From Candidatus Thalassarchaeum sp. (GTDB taxonomy: Archaea > Thermoplasmatota > Poseidoniia > Poseidoniales > Thalassarchaeaceae): a DNA stretch of 60,805 bases. The stretch is from assembly GCA_045559735.1 (NCBI GenBank), contig JBJLJN010000019.1, positions 1 to 60,805 on the forward strand. Reading direction: 5' to 3'. Numbering within the stretch: the stretch's first letter is position 1; every line of letters starts with the position of its first letter. This document shows positions 18,974 through 27,741 of this stretch, piece by piece. The notes under the pieces are model-generated. The model searched no databases, was not told where the DNA came from, and saw only the letters and a program-made list of their open reading frames with translations. Both the position numbers and the translations under genes were made by a program.

Positions 18974-20356
18974 GTGGAGGAGCAATTGGGGCTGACTGGA
19001 TGGTCGGCTGAAGGCGATGGCATAGGGGGCCTCCTGAAGACTAGAGTCGAAGACTTCCGAGTCGAGGAAATCGCCCGCATCCCGGCCTTGGATCCCAAAG
19101 GCAGGTTCACAGTTGCCAGAGTGTCACTGAACAACTGGGAGACCAACAGATTCCTAGGGCGTCTGGCCAAGGCATGTGGAATCAGCAGGAGGAGAATATT
19201 CTCATCCGGAATGAAGGACAAGCGGGCCGTAACCAGCCAGATACTGGTCATCGACGCTCACCGCGCAAAGGTAGAATCAGCAGATATTACCGACGCGACT
19301 ATTGAGGTGATTGGACGAACTCACCATAAAATCGGCATGAGTGACCATGATGGGAACAGGTTCACAATCACTGTCAGAGGATGCTCCGACTCCGAAGGAA
19401 ATCCGATTGACAGTAAGGAGTCGATGTCCCGAGTCCGGCAAATCATCTCGGGTATGTCGGAGCGAATGGGTGCCGATTCATTCCCCAATTGGATTGGCCC
19501 TCAGAGATTCGGCTCGACCCGCCCCGTCACCCCTGAAGTCGGTAGGGCCGTAGTCGAGGACGATTTTGAGAAGGCCTGCGACCTATATCTTGGCATGGAG
19601 GGGCAGAGCGATACTGAGGATGTTTGGGAATTTAGGAAGTCGTGGAGGGACGGCAAAGATGCGAACTCTTGTCTTGAGATTATCCCGCAACACCTCGGTT
19701 ACGAGAGGTCAATCCTTGAATCTCTGGCCGAGAAGCCCGAGGATTGGCTGAGGGCTTTTAAGAGACTACCTCATTCACTTCAACTGCTCTCAGTTCATTC
19801 CTTGCAATCGTTGGCTTTCAACCATGCACTAGCCGCCCGGATGAACTCGGGGCACTCTTTGATAGAACCTATTCTGGGAGATCTGGTTGCTCCCTTACAT
19901 GCCAACGGTAGGATCGATGTCTCCAAGTTGGCAGAGGTGACTGAATCCAATCTTGAGAGGTGCCGAAGGAACTGTAATCTCGGAAGGCTATCAGTTACCG
20001 GACCTCTACCCGGATTGAACTCCGAACTCGCTTCGGGAGAGCAGAGAGAGATTGAACTCATAGGACTAGAAAAATCCGGCCTTACTGATGTTGATTGGAG
20101 AGTCTCGAGTATTCCCCGACTCACTTCCTCAGGAACCCGACGTCCACTCTCAGTGCCCTTCGAATCTTTCTCCGTGGAGGAGGCTCAAGAAATGCCTGAG
20201 GACCAACTCTCACAGAGGTGGAGAGATGGTCCTTCAAGCACAGATAGGTGGCACCCCGAGGGGGCTAGCCTGAGGCTCGGTTTTTCCCTGCCTCCAGGAA
20301 CTTATGCAACAGTATTAATGCGGGAGTTGATGAAGTCACCTTTGGATCACTACTAG
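18974..20356 (+). CDS. truD: tRNA pseudouridine synthase TruD/Pus7 family
   Basis: The N-terminal GIGGLLKTRVEDFRVEEI is the TruD signature region and the length suits the archaeal enzyme. Track ORF 18710..20356 overlaps all of rpoL in another frame. There is no in-frame ATG before the conserved N-terminus, so a GTG (18974) or TTG (18959) start is inferred. Confidence 0.7.
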   Translation: MEEQLGLTGWSAEGDGIGGLLKTRVEDFRVEEIARIPALDPKGRFTVARVSLNNWETNRFLGRLAKACGISRRRIFSSGMKDKRAVTSQILVIDAHRAKVESADITDATIEVIGRTHHKIGMSDHDGNRFTITVRGCSDSEGNPIDSKESMSRVRQIISGMSERMGADSFPNWIGPQRFGSTRPVTPEVGRAVVEDDFEKACDLYLGMEGQSDTEDVWEFRKSWRDGKDANSCLEIIPQHLGYERSILESLAEKPEDWLRAFKRLPHSLQLLSVHSLQSLAFNHALAARMNSGHSLIEPILGDLVAPLHANGRIDVSKLAEVTESNLERCRRNCNLGRLSVTGPLPGLNSELASGEQREIELIGLEKSGLTDVDWRVSSIPRLTSSGTRRPLSVPFESFSVEEAQEMPEDQLSQRWRDGPSSTDRWHPEGASLRLGFSLPPGTYATVLMRELMKSPLDHY

Positions 20357-20626
20357 TCAGAGCCGACCCATTTCCAAAGCTTCAATCTGGCCTATTAGAG
20401 AGTTTAGATCACGAACCCTCGTTTCGAACCCGTCGACAATTCCCTCGCCCTCGCCGAGAACGGCTTGAACCTCTATGAACATCATTCCGAATGCCAGAGG
20501 CTTAACCTCGACGGCTTGCACCTCCTCGAACTTGCCAATACTTACGGCGATCCCATCGTAATCAGGTGTACCATCTTCTGGCTGGTCAATAGTTACCTTG
20601 TACTTGACTACTACATGCCCCATCAA
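20357..20626 (-). CDS. Translation elongation factor aEF-1 beta
   Basis: 89 aa with PLAFGMMFIEVQAVLGEGEG, matching the conserved PIAFGLKAL-type core and size. Confidence 0.75.
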   Translation of the reverse strand: MMGHVVVKYKVTIDQPEDGTPDYDGIAVSIGKFEEVQAVEVKPLAFGMMFIEVQAVLGEGEGIVDGFETRVRDLNSLIGQIEALEMGRL

Positions 20627-20632
20627 ATCACC

Positions 20633-20800
20633 TCAGGGCCCGCTGAACCCGCACTCCGTGCAGATGTACTCTACTGCTTGGACTCTACATTGCTCGCTGC
20701 GCCCGATTGAGTGTCCACACTCAGGGCATGGGAAAGCAGTACTTCTCTTGTCAACTAATGGTAGACCCGATGAAGTACAGATGTCTGCTCTCTGACTCAT
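20633..20800 (-). CDS. Zn-ribbon protein (COG2888-like, usually adjacent to aEF-1beta)
   Basis: FPCPECGHSIGRSEQCRVQAVEYICTECGFSGP gives four CxxC-type pairs. It sits 6 nt upstream of EF-1beta. The inner ATG at 20800 was chosen; the track start is 20869. Confidence 0.65.
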   Translation of the reverse strand: MSQRADICTSSGLPLVDKRSTAFPCPECGHSIGRSEQCRVQAVEYICTECGFSGP

Positions 20801-20931
20801 TAGCGAACCCCGGTGACGCGGCGAATCGCACTCCCTTTTTAGCGTTGACTTGTCAATAACGCTTGGCAAGGGAGCAATACTCTTCTTAGGTTAGGGTGAA
20901 ATACGGCTGCCCAAGTTGATGGACGAGCAAA

Positions 20932-21384
20932 ATGTCGGAAGAGGAACTCACTCTTGCAGGCGGAGAAATCAATCTGAATGATTATGTCACTGATGAGGGC
21001 GGGATTTGGAGCCTCAGACAGTTAGAGAAGGTCAGAGGTTGGAACAATATCGAGTACGCTCCGGGCCTTTCGGGCAAGAATACACCATCCACTGGATTGT
21101 CGATGAATCGCGCTTACATCCCACCCGGGGGGGTGGCCAAGGCGCACATCCATGTCGACTTCGATGTGATGGTTTACTTGCTCAAAGGGAGCGTTAGGCA
21201 CGAATATGGATCCGGCTGCAGGAAATCTGTTGTCCACAGTGCTGGTGACATGTTCTACATCGAGCCAGGCTTACCACACGAGGTATTCAATTGCTCGGAT
21301 AACGATTGGGTCCACGCTGTGGTGGCCCGCTCGGACTCATCTGAGTGGCAGAATATCATTCCCTATGATCGAGACTCAGAGTGA
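20932..21384 (+). CDS. Cupin-domain protein
   Basis: Has the two-motif cupin pattern: G(V)AKAHIHVDFDVMVYLLKG ... GDMFYIEPGLPHEVFN. Confidence 0.6.
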   Translation: MSEEELTLAGGEINLNDYVTDEGGIWSLRQLEKVRGWNNIEYAPGLSGKNTPSTGLSMNRAYIPPGGVAKAHIHVDFDVMVYLLKGSVRHEYGSGCRKSVVHSAGDMFYIEPGLPHEVFNCSDNDWVHAVVARSDSSEWQNIIPYDRDSE

Positions 21385-22124
21385 CCTTCTTTACTCAGTC
21401 TTCTAAATCCGACCACCGTGTCCTCATCATCATCCGATTCATCAACCACTATGCCGAGTTCACTGAGATGTTCATTGACCTGCTCCAAAGCACTCCTTCC
21501 CCGGACTCTTGCACGGACGCGTGGTAATCTGTTTTGGCAAACTAGGTAAGTTTCGGAGGAAGAACTCCTGCTAGCTGTCGGGGAGAATCTTTGGACATTT
21601 GAGAACCGGTCCTTGGCCGCATCTACCAGTCCCTCTATACCGACTCCTTGGAATATCTTGGTCACGAAGGACCCCCCTGCGGGGACGAACCGCATAGCCG
21701 CATCCAGCACCAGTGTCGACAACTCAAGGGAGATGGTCTGGTCGGTGTCGTAACGTCCAGTGAGATTCGGCGAGATATCGCTGACAACCACATTTATTTC
21801 CCGTCCATCGAGGGTTTCGTCAATCCGCTCTATGGCCGAATCATCTGTAATATCTCCGATGATTACTAACGCCCCCTCTACTGGAGAGGTGGCAAGTAGG
21901 TCGACCCCGATAACCATCCCTTCGTCCCCGGATTCCTCAACTGCGACCTGCAACCACCCACCGGGGTGGCATCCTACGTCGAGCACGCAGTCACCCGATC
22001 TGATTAGGCCGAATCTATCCTGAATCTGCTTCAGCTTGTATGCGGAACGTGTTCTGTATCCCTTGGAACGAGCGATGCGCCTCCAGGCGTCCCTCCTGTT
22101 ATCCTGATACCAGCGTTTGCTCAC
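21363..22124 (-). CDS. rlmE: FtsJ/RlmE-type rRNA (uridine-2'-O-)-methyltransferase
   Basis: Shows RTRSAYKLKQIQDRFGLI, a SAM motif VLDVGCHPGGW, and VVVSDISPNLTG. Confidence 0.8.
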   Translation of the reverse strand: MSKRWYQDNRRDAWRRIARSKGYRTRSAYKLKQIQDRFGLIRSGDCVLDVGCHPGGWLQVAVEESGDEGMVIGVDLLATSPVEGALVIIGDITDDSAIERIDETLDGREINVVVSDISPNLTGRYDTDQTISLELSTLVLDAAMRFVPAGGSFVTKIFQGVGIEGLVDAAKDRFSNVQRFSPTASRSSSSETYLVCQNRLPRVRARVRGRSALEQVNEHLSELGIVVDESDDDEDTVVGFRRLSKEGHSESRS

Positions 22125-22174
22125 GGGACTTCCTCATGCTTCCGGTTAATGAAATGGTCATTACCGCATCGACA

Positions 22175-23116
22175 TCATAGGCCAATCTCTGACATCAGGG
22201 CGCTCGCAGTGTGCCTGATTGCAGCTTCGGACATCATCTCGGGCCTGAAACCGGTCGAGAATAGGCTCTCCACATCCAACGAGGTCTTGGGCACATCCCC
22301 TGCCCAGCCTCTATCTCCGCCCGTGTATTCGATTGAGACTCCCTCAAGGCCGCTTTCCTCGACTACTATCTCTGCTATACGGCGAACCGAGCATGTATCT
22401 CCTGTTCCTAGATTGTACAGGTTGACGTCTGAGTCCGTGTTGTCAATGAGGTGAACCATCGCCTGCACGCAATCGTGAGCCGACATGTATGATTTCTCCT
22501 GCATCCCATCGCCAAGAACCTCAAGTCTGCCTGGATTGGACTTCAGCTTGTGGATGAAGTCGTAGATCACTCCGTGAGTACCCCTCGGGCCGACGATATT
22601 CGCGAAGCGATGAATCCAAGACTTGGCACCGAAGGTCCCGCACCATGCTGTGATTAGTGCCTCGGAGGCCAACTTAGAAGCGCCGTACAGAGAGATTGGC
22701 TTGATTGGCCCATAGGTCTCGGGTGTAGGCATGATTTCAGCCTCCCCGTATACTGCGGATGAGGAAGAGAAAGAAATCTCTCCGACGTCCTCCAGTCTCA
22801 TCGCCTCTAGTACGTTGTAGGTGGCCACGGTCCCTTGCATGAGGTCGGTGTCAGTAACTGTCGTACCCAGTCTGATGTCAGGGTTGGCTGCCATATGGTG
22901 GACGACATCGACATCAGACATGACCCCCCTTACTGCTCCGGGGTCCAATAGGTCTGCCTTTACGACCTCGACAATCCCTGAGCCCTCATGGTGGGAGAGA
23001 AATTCCATCCTGCCACTGCTGAAGTTATCCAGAACCTTGACCGTCTTGCCTTCGGAAACCAGTCTATCTACTAGGTGTGAACCGATGAATCCAGCCCCCC
23101 CGGTGACCAACTCCAT
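22175..23116 (-). CDS. NAD-dependent sugar-nucleotide epimerase/dehydratase (SDR family)
   Basis: Has the Rossmann motif VTGGAGFIGSHL and the catalytic YGASK. Confidence 0.8.
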   Translation of the reverse strand: MELVTGGAGFIGSHLVDRLVSEGKTVKVLDNFSSGRMEFLSHHEGSGIVEVVKADLLDPGAVRGVMSDVDVVHHMAANPDIRLGTTVTDTDLMQGTVATYNVLEAMRLEDVGEISFSSSSAVYGEAEIMPTPETYGPIKPISLYGASKLASEALITAWCGTFGAKSWIHRFANIVGPRGTHGVIYDFIHKLKSNPGRLEVLGDGMQEKSYMSAHDCVQAMVHLIDNTDSDVNLYNLGTGDTCSVRRIAEIVVEESGLEGVSIEYTGGDRGWAGDVPKTSLDVESLFSTGFRPEMMSEAAIRHTASALMSEIGL

Positions 23117-23246
23117 GTGTCTGCCAGCCTACTGCATGACTTGAGTCCATCGGGCTTGAGTCCAACAATCTTGATACCATGCTAAATCACCTCTGACGGA
23201 GAGCCATTGCGAACGCTTCATTTGGCTCCCGCAGGGGCACCCTCGC

Positions 23247-26200
23247 GTGGGTGAAGAGGAACCGGGCGACAGATACTCTATCGCTGCCGACGAGGAACGC
23301 GATGACGAGAGGGCTTTCTGGGACCGATTCTTCGAGTCCCTGAAACCACTCAAACAGTCCTTGGACAATGCTAAGGAATCACTTTCATCCAGCTTCATCG
23401 GTGATGGAGTAGACACCATTGCACAGCTAGTCGATGATGCCAGTGATGCCGCCGATGCTGCAACTAGGAGAACAGCCGAGCTGGCCTATTCCTCGATTCT
23501 GAGGAGTCCGGCAGCCATTGTCGTCCTGCTTATTCTTGTTACAGCCACGATAGGCAGAGATGCGATGGAATTCGAACACCAGATTAACGGAGATGTAGAG
23601 ATTTATCTGCCTGATGGGGCCGATTCCACCGAACTTCTACAGCAGGTTCGCGAACAATGGTCTACTGACATCTTCATGCTCTATATCCAGACAGATAACG
23701 CCATCGCAGACCCTTCCATGCGAGGGACTGAGAATATCACTGATGTTGAGATTCTCAAACAGATATCTTGGATTGAAGGAGACGATCAGAACCGTGGAAT
23801 TGGGGGTTATCAATCCGGTTTGGACTACAACAAGGAGGACAGAGGAGCAATAGATGGTGTTGTTTGGGTACTGTCTCCTGCTCAGATAGTAAAGGAGGCA
23901 AACTCGTCCAGTTACAGGTTCAACTGCGCGATGGAAAAATACGCATTGCCCACAGGAGACGGAGAGGATTGTGCAATATCTTCACTGAATCCATTTGAGG
24001 GGTACTCTATTCCAGAAGGAGATGGTGCCCAAGAGAGAATCGACCGTTTCGTGGAGGACGCGGAGCCGCTGCTATCCAGCTTCGTCCGAGACACAAACGA
24101 CCTCGACCTAAACGTGGATAGCGACGAAGATGGAGACCCAACCAATGACCTAGACGGCGACGGTATCTGGGACACGGCTGTCGTAATCATTGGCCTAAAG
24201 TTCGACATGTCGGACACCGCAATCACCCCTCGTGATGACCCCAAAGGCAAGTCAGAGGAGAACCCATCGGGCCAATTAAGGGACCACAAGGCATTCATCA
24301 GACACGCCGAGTTGCTAATCTACGAGGAGTCTGACCCCACTATCTGTCCAATTTGTCACCGCACATACCTCTCTCCGACTTCAACGATGGATGAATTCAC
24401 GTCCACTGACGAAAGGAAGGCTGTGACAATCACCGGGCTGACTCCAGTGGTACACGACATCTCGGATGCAATCTATCAGGAGCTGGTGGACCGTATGTTG
24501 CCAATCAGCGGAGTGCTGGTATGTCTCGCCATGCTACTGCTGCACCGCAACCCGAAGGTCATCATCATCTGCGGGGCTCCAATCCTTATGAGTCTGGCAA
24601 TCACCTTCGGAATCACCGTAATCGCCGACATCACACTCACTCCTATGATAATCTCAGTCGGGCCGATTCTGGTCGGCCTCGGGGTCGATTACGCCCTTCA
24701 TCTTACGAATAGAATCGAGGAAAATCGGGTCGAACTGATTGAAGAGAGACTGGAGATGGCTTGGTCTGCCCAGAGGGATGGTTTCGAGACCGAGGACATC
24801 GACCCGTGGGACTCGCATATCACTCTCACAGCCACCGTAAGGGCAGTGTTGACCACTGGTCACGCCATCTTCCTCTCAGCTCTGACCACTATAATCGGAT
24901 TCAGCGTTCTTCGATGGCCAAGCCTCGTTCCTATAGAGCCGATGAGGACCGTCGGTACGACCCTGCTCCTGGGCATTGCGATTACATTTGTCATGTCGAT
25001 GATTCTGGTGCCGGCCTTGGTACAACTTCTGAAGTACAGAAAAACTCCCTTCAAGGCTTTCGACAGGCTATGGGAGAAAATTGGCGAGGTGCCGGTGAAG
25101 AACACGGCAATCGTACTACTTGTCACTCTGGTTCTCACTGCCGCGGGGGCTTCGATCCTCAAGGAGGAACTCGGGCAGGGAATCAGCGGGGCGGCCGACG
25201 AGGTACCCCCAGGCCTCCCGTCCTACGAGACGCTCAGAGAGTACAGCATCGTGTTCGAGGGTGGGCAGACGAATATGTTCATCGTAGATGCAACCCAACG
25301 AGGATCTCAGAATGGGACTGCACCTATCAGAGATCTGCCTATACTCGATGCGATTGAAGTCATGCAGGCGGATAAGATAGACCAAGTCGCCAATACTACT
25401 ACAATAAGTCTGGTCACTATCTTGAAATCTATACATGTAGATGTTGTTATTACCGCAAGAAATGACACCATTGGTCTGAACCAAACTCTGGAAATTTATG
25501 ATGAAAGTCTCTGGGATATTTTACATGATGAATGTTGGGACGAGTCGTCTAATCTATTACGCCCGGATTGCTGGCCATACGCTGCCACCAACAGGCAGGA
25601 TATGGTCAATGTTGCCTTCGACACCCTCTCTCCCGAGATCCGCTCAATGCTAATGAACTCTGATCAGGGAACGGGGGAGACCAAGACACTGGTGTATGTC
25701 AATCAACCCTACCTCAATTTGGGAGATGCCACCATTTTGCGTGATGCCATCGATGGCTTCCTCTCAGGCGGTAAGGGGTGTGATTCGGCTTGGACATGTG
25801 CCGGGCTGGAGATTGAGCAGGTGTTCAACTCGCTACTTACCGGGGGACTACCGGTATCGATAGACGTCAACGACGGGGTCCATGAGGCCCAGTCCGAGAC
25901 CACGATAGCCACCATGCTGATTCTGCTGATTGCCATGGCCTTCCTCTTCCGCTCTCCCAGACTGGCCCTCTTCACCATGATCGCAGTGGGCGTGGTAGTT
26001 GTTTGGCAACCTCTCCTGATGCGCAGCGGAGGGGTGAATGTGAACTTCTTCACAGCGATGGTAGGCACAATCGTGTTCGGTATCGGAGTAGATGATTCGA
26101 TTCACATCGTTGATAGAATCAAAGACGAACGGGAAACTCCTTCTGGCATCGTGAAGTCCGTGGCCAAGACCGGCCAGACCATCTTCGAGACCACTACTAC

Positions 26201-26438
26201 TACCTGTGCGGGCCTTGCAGCCGGTCTGTTCGTGGCGATCCCCGGTCTGCAGAACTTCTTCATCCTGATGATGCTCCTGCTGATATTGGCGTTGCTGACC
26301 AGTTCCATCCTGTTGCCTGCCATGATAGTGGCTTACTATGAGGTGGGGACTAGGATAACCAAAGGGGAGTCCTGGCTGGATTACGAGCATAGCGGGGCTC
26401 TGGCCACCGAATCCGTTCTCGATGCCATAGTCGAATAA
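23247..26438 (+). CDS. RND-superfamily / MMPL-type exporter (COG1033-like), paralog 2
   Basis: Starts at a GTG, with no earlier ATG. Two TM bundles carry GLGVDYALH and GIGVDDSIH, separated by large soluble loops. One loop contains a D-rich DLDLNVDSDEDGDPTNDLDGDGIWD calcium-site-like stretch. Confidence 0.75.
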   Translation: MGEEEPGDRYSIAADEERDDERAFWDRFFESLKPLKQSLDNAKESLSSSFIGDGVDTIAQLVDDASDAADAATRRTAELAYSSILRSPAAIVVLLILVTATIGRDAMEFEHQINGDVEIYLPDGADSTELLQQVREQWSTDIFMLYIQTDNAIADPSMRGTENITDVEILKQISWIEGDDQNRGIGGYQSGLDYNKEDRGAIDGVVWVLSPAQIVKEANSSSYRFNCAMEKYALPTGDGEDCAISSLNPFEGYSIPEGDGAQERIDRFVEDAEPLLSSFVRDTNDLDLNVDSDEDGDPTNDLDGDGIWDTAVVIIGLKFDMSDTAITPRDDPKGKSEENPSGQLRDHKAFIRHAELLIYEESDPTICPICHRTYLSPTSTMDEFTSTDERKAVTITGLTPVVHDISDAIYQELVDRMLPISGVLVCLAMLLLHRNPKVIIICGAPILMSLAITFGITVIADITLTPMIISVGPILVGLGVDYALHLTNRIEENRVELIEERLEMAWSAQRDGFETEDIDPWDSHITLTATVRAVLTTGHAIFLSALTTIIGFSVLRWPSLVPIEPMRTVGTTLLLGIAITFVMSMILVPALVQLLKYRKTPFKAFDRLWEKIGEVPVKNTAIVLLVTLVLTAAGASILKEELGQGISGAADEVPPGLPSYETLREYSIVFEGGQTNMFIVDATQRGSQNGTAPIRDLPILDAIEVMQADKIDQVANTTTISLVTILKSIHVDVVITARNDTIGLNQTLEIYDESLWDILHDECWDESSNLLRPDCWPYAATNRQDMVNVAFDTLSPEIRSMLMNSDQGTGETKTLVYVNQPYLNLGDATILRDAIDGFLSGGKGCDSAWTCAGLEIEQVFNSLLTGGLPVSIDVNDGVHEAQSETTIATMLILLIAMAFLFRSPRLALFTMIAVGVVVVWQPLLMRSGGVNVNFFTAMVGTIVFGIGVDDSIHIVDRIKDERETPSGIVKSVAKTGQTIFETTTTTCAGLAAGLFVAIPGLQNFFILMMLLLILALLTSSILLPAMIVAYYEVGTRITKGESWLDYEHSGALATESVLDAIVE

Positions 26439-26453
26439 CGAGCCGATAAGGGC

Positions 26454-26749
26454 GAGGGAGCAGGGAGTAAGCCCCTTTCTGTTCACCTTGCGGCTGGTCG
26501 CATTCAACTGTGCGTCCTACCCGGTCCTGCCGATGCCATACGGACCTGCTTGGACTTGCTCCGGCGGGGGTGCTCGTTCCAGCCACAATCAGGAAACCTC
26601 CCCCTTTCGGGTTCACAGTACGCCTGTTGCGGTTCGTTTCTGTTGCAGAGCCGGCCCTCCCGGACCTCCGACTTGCGTCGGACCACCTGCATCGCGGAGA
26701 GGGGACTTTCCTCAGTGTCGTACACTGTCAGCGACCCTCCTGCTCCCTC
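26454..26749 (-). ncRNA. rnpB: RNase P RNA (archaeal type A-like)
   Basis: The minus strand reads 5'-GAGGGAGCAGG...ACACU-GAGGAAAGUCCCC (CR-I, complement of 26701-26713) ... UGCAACAGAAAC ... GAACAGAAAGGGGCUUAC (CR-V, complement of 26467-26482)-UCCCUGCUCCCUC-3'. The termini form an 11-bp P1 helix. AAG-U-CCCC pairs with GGGGCUU to form P4 with the conserved bulged U. Length is about 296 nt. Confidence 0.85.
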
Positions 26750-26857
26750 ATATTCACGACGAGGCGCACCAACATGAACTTCTCGGTCCCTAATCGGACC
26801 TGTTCCTCTGGCCTCAAATCGGAAAGCATCATTCACATTCTATCACACCGCCGCTGC

Positions 26858-27559
26858 ATGGGCAGGGTCGAGGAACTAAAGCGCGAGGCGGGAATAACCG
26901 CCTGTTCCTTCGTTCGCGACGGCATGAGAATCGGCCTAGGTACTGGTTCAACTGTCAAATACACCGTCATAGAAATTGGCCGGATGATTTCAGAAGAGGG
27001 ACTGGAAGTGATTGGAGTCCCGACCAGTGAAGTCACTAGAGAACTCGCGGAGAGCCTCGGCATACCTCTGGTAACTCTTGAGGAAGCAGCTCCGCTCGAC
27101 ATCACAATCGATGGGGCCGATGAGTTCAACTCCGATTTCCAGCTCATCAAGGGCGGTGGTGGCGCACTCACTCGCGAGAAGCGAGTAGCAGCGAAATCCG
27201 AGGCAATGGTTGTGGTAGCAGACGATCGCAAGCAGGTCACAACCCTTGGAGCATTCGACCTACCATTGGAGGTGGACAAGAAGGATTGGCAGGGAGTTTT
27301 CGCAGAATTACAGGATATTTGTCCCGGACAGGTGAGCCTTCGAGGTGGAAATACTCCCTATCTCACAGACAATGATGGATACATCCTCGATTGCCAGTTT
27401 GGATCCACCATCACAGACCCGGCCTCGCTGGAAAATCGAATCAAATCAATAGAGGGAGTGGTGGAGGTAGGTTTGTTCATAGACATGTGTGATGCTGTGG
27501 TGATGGCTTCTCCATCCGGGGTTTCCACTTTGCTCAAGCAAGGCGGCAGGCTGGACTAA
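26858..27559 (+). CDS. rpiA: Ribose-5-phosphate isomerase A
   Basis: Shows GLGTGST, DGADE and KGGGGALTREK motifs. The real start is ATG 26858 (MGRVEELK). The 5' extension of the track ORF (from 26510) runs across the RNase P RNA gene. Confidence 0.85.
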   Translation: MGRVEELKREAGITACSFVRDGMRIGLGTGSTVKYTVIEIGRMISEEGLEVIGVPTSEVTRELAESLGIPLVTLEEAAPLDITIDGADEFNSDFQLIKGGGGALTREKRVAAKSEAMVVVADDRKQVTTLGAFDLPLEVDKKDWQGVFAELQDICPGQVSLRGGNTPYLTDNDGYILDCQFGSTITDPASLENRIKSIEGVVEVGLFIDMCDAVVMASPSGVSTLLKQGGRLD

Positions 27560-27603
27560 ATCTCGTCCGTCGCCGTTATAGAGGGGCGGCAATTCGCCGT
27601 ACT

Positions 27604-27680
27604 GGGTCTGTAGCTTAGTCAGGTAGAGCGACGGGCTCTTAACCCGTCGGTCGCGGGTTCGAATCCCGTCAGACCCGCCA
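27604..27680 (+). tRNA. tRNA-Lys (anticodon CUU), CCA encoded
   Basis: Reads GGGTCTG-TA-GCTTAGTCAGGTAGAGC-G-ACGGG-CTCTTAA-CCCGT-CGGTC-GCGGG-TTCGAAT-CCCGT-CAGACCC-G-CCA. Confidence 0.9.
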
Positions 27681-27741
27681 TCAAGACCCCCTCAAACCGA
27701 GTAACCTATACCGCCCGACCTTCACGCAGAAAGGAGCACCC

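Noticed and set aside
26350-26836. Overlapping ORFs 26350..26616(-), 26504..26836(-), 26488..26793(+) and 26550..26777(+), plus the 5' extension of ORF 26510..27559
   Set aside because: They mutually overlap in a GC-rich segment that carries the RNase P RNA hallmarks. Their translations are R/P/G-rich and non-protein-like. rpiA homology begins only at ATG 26858.
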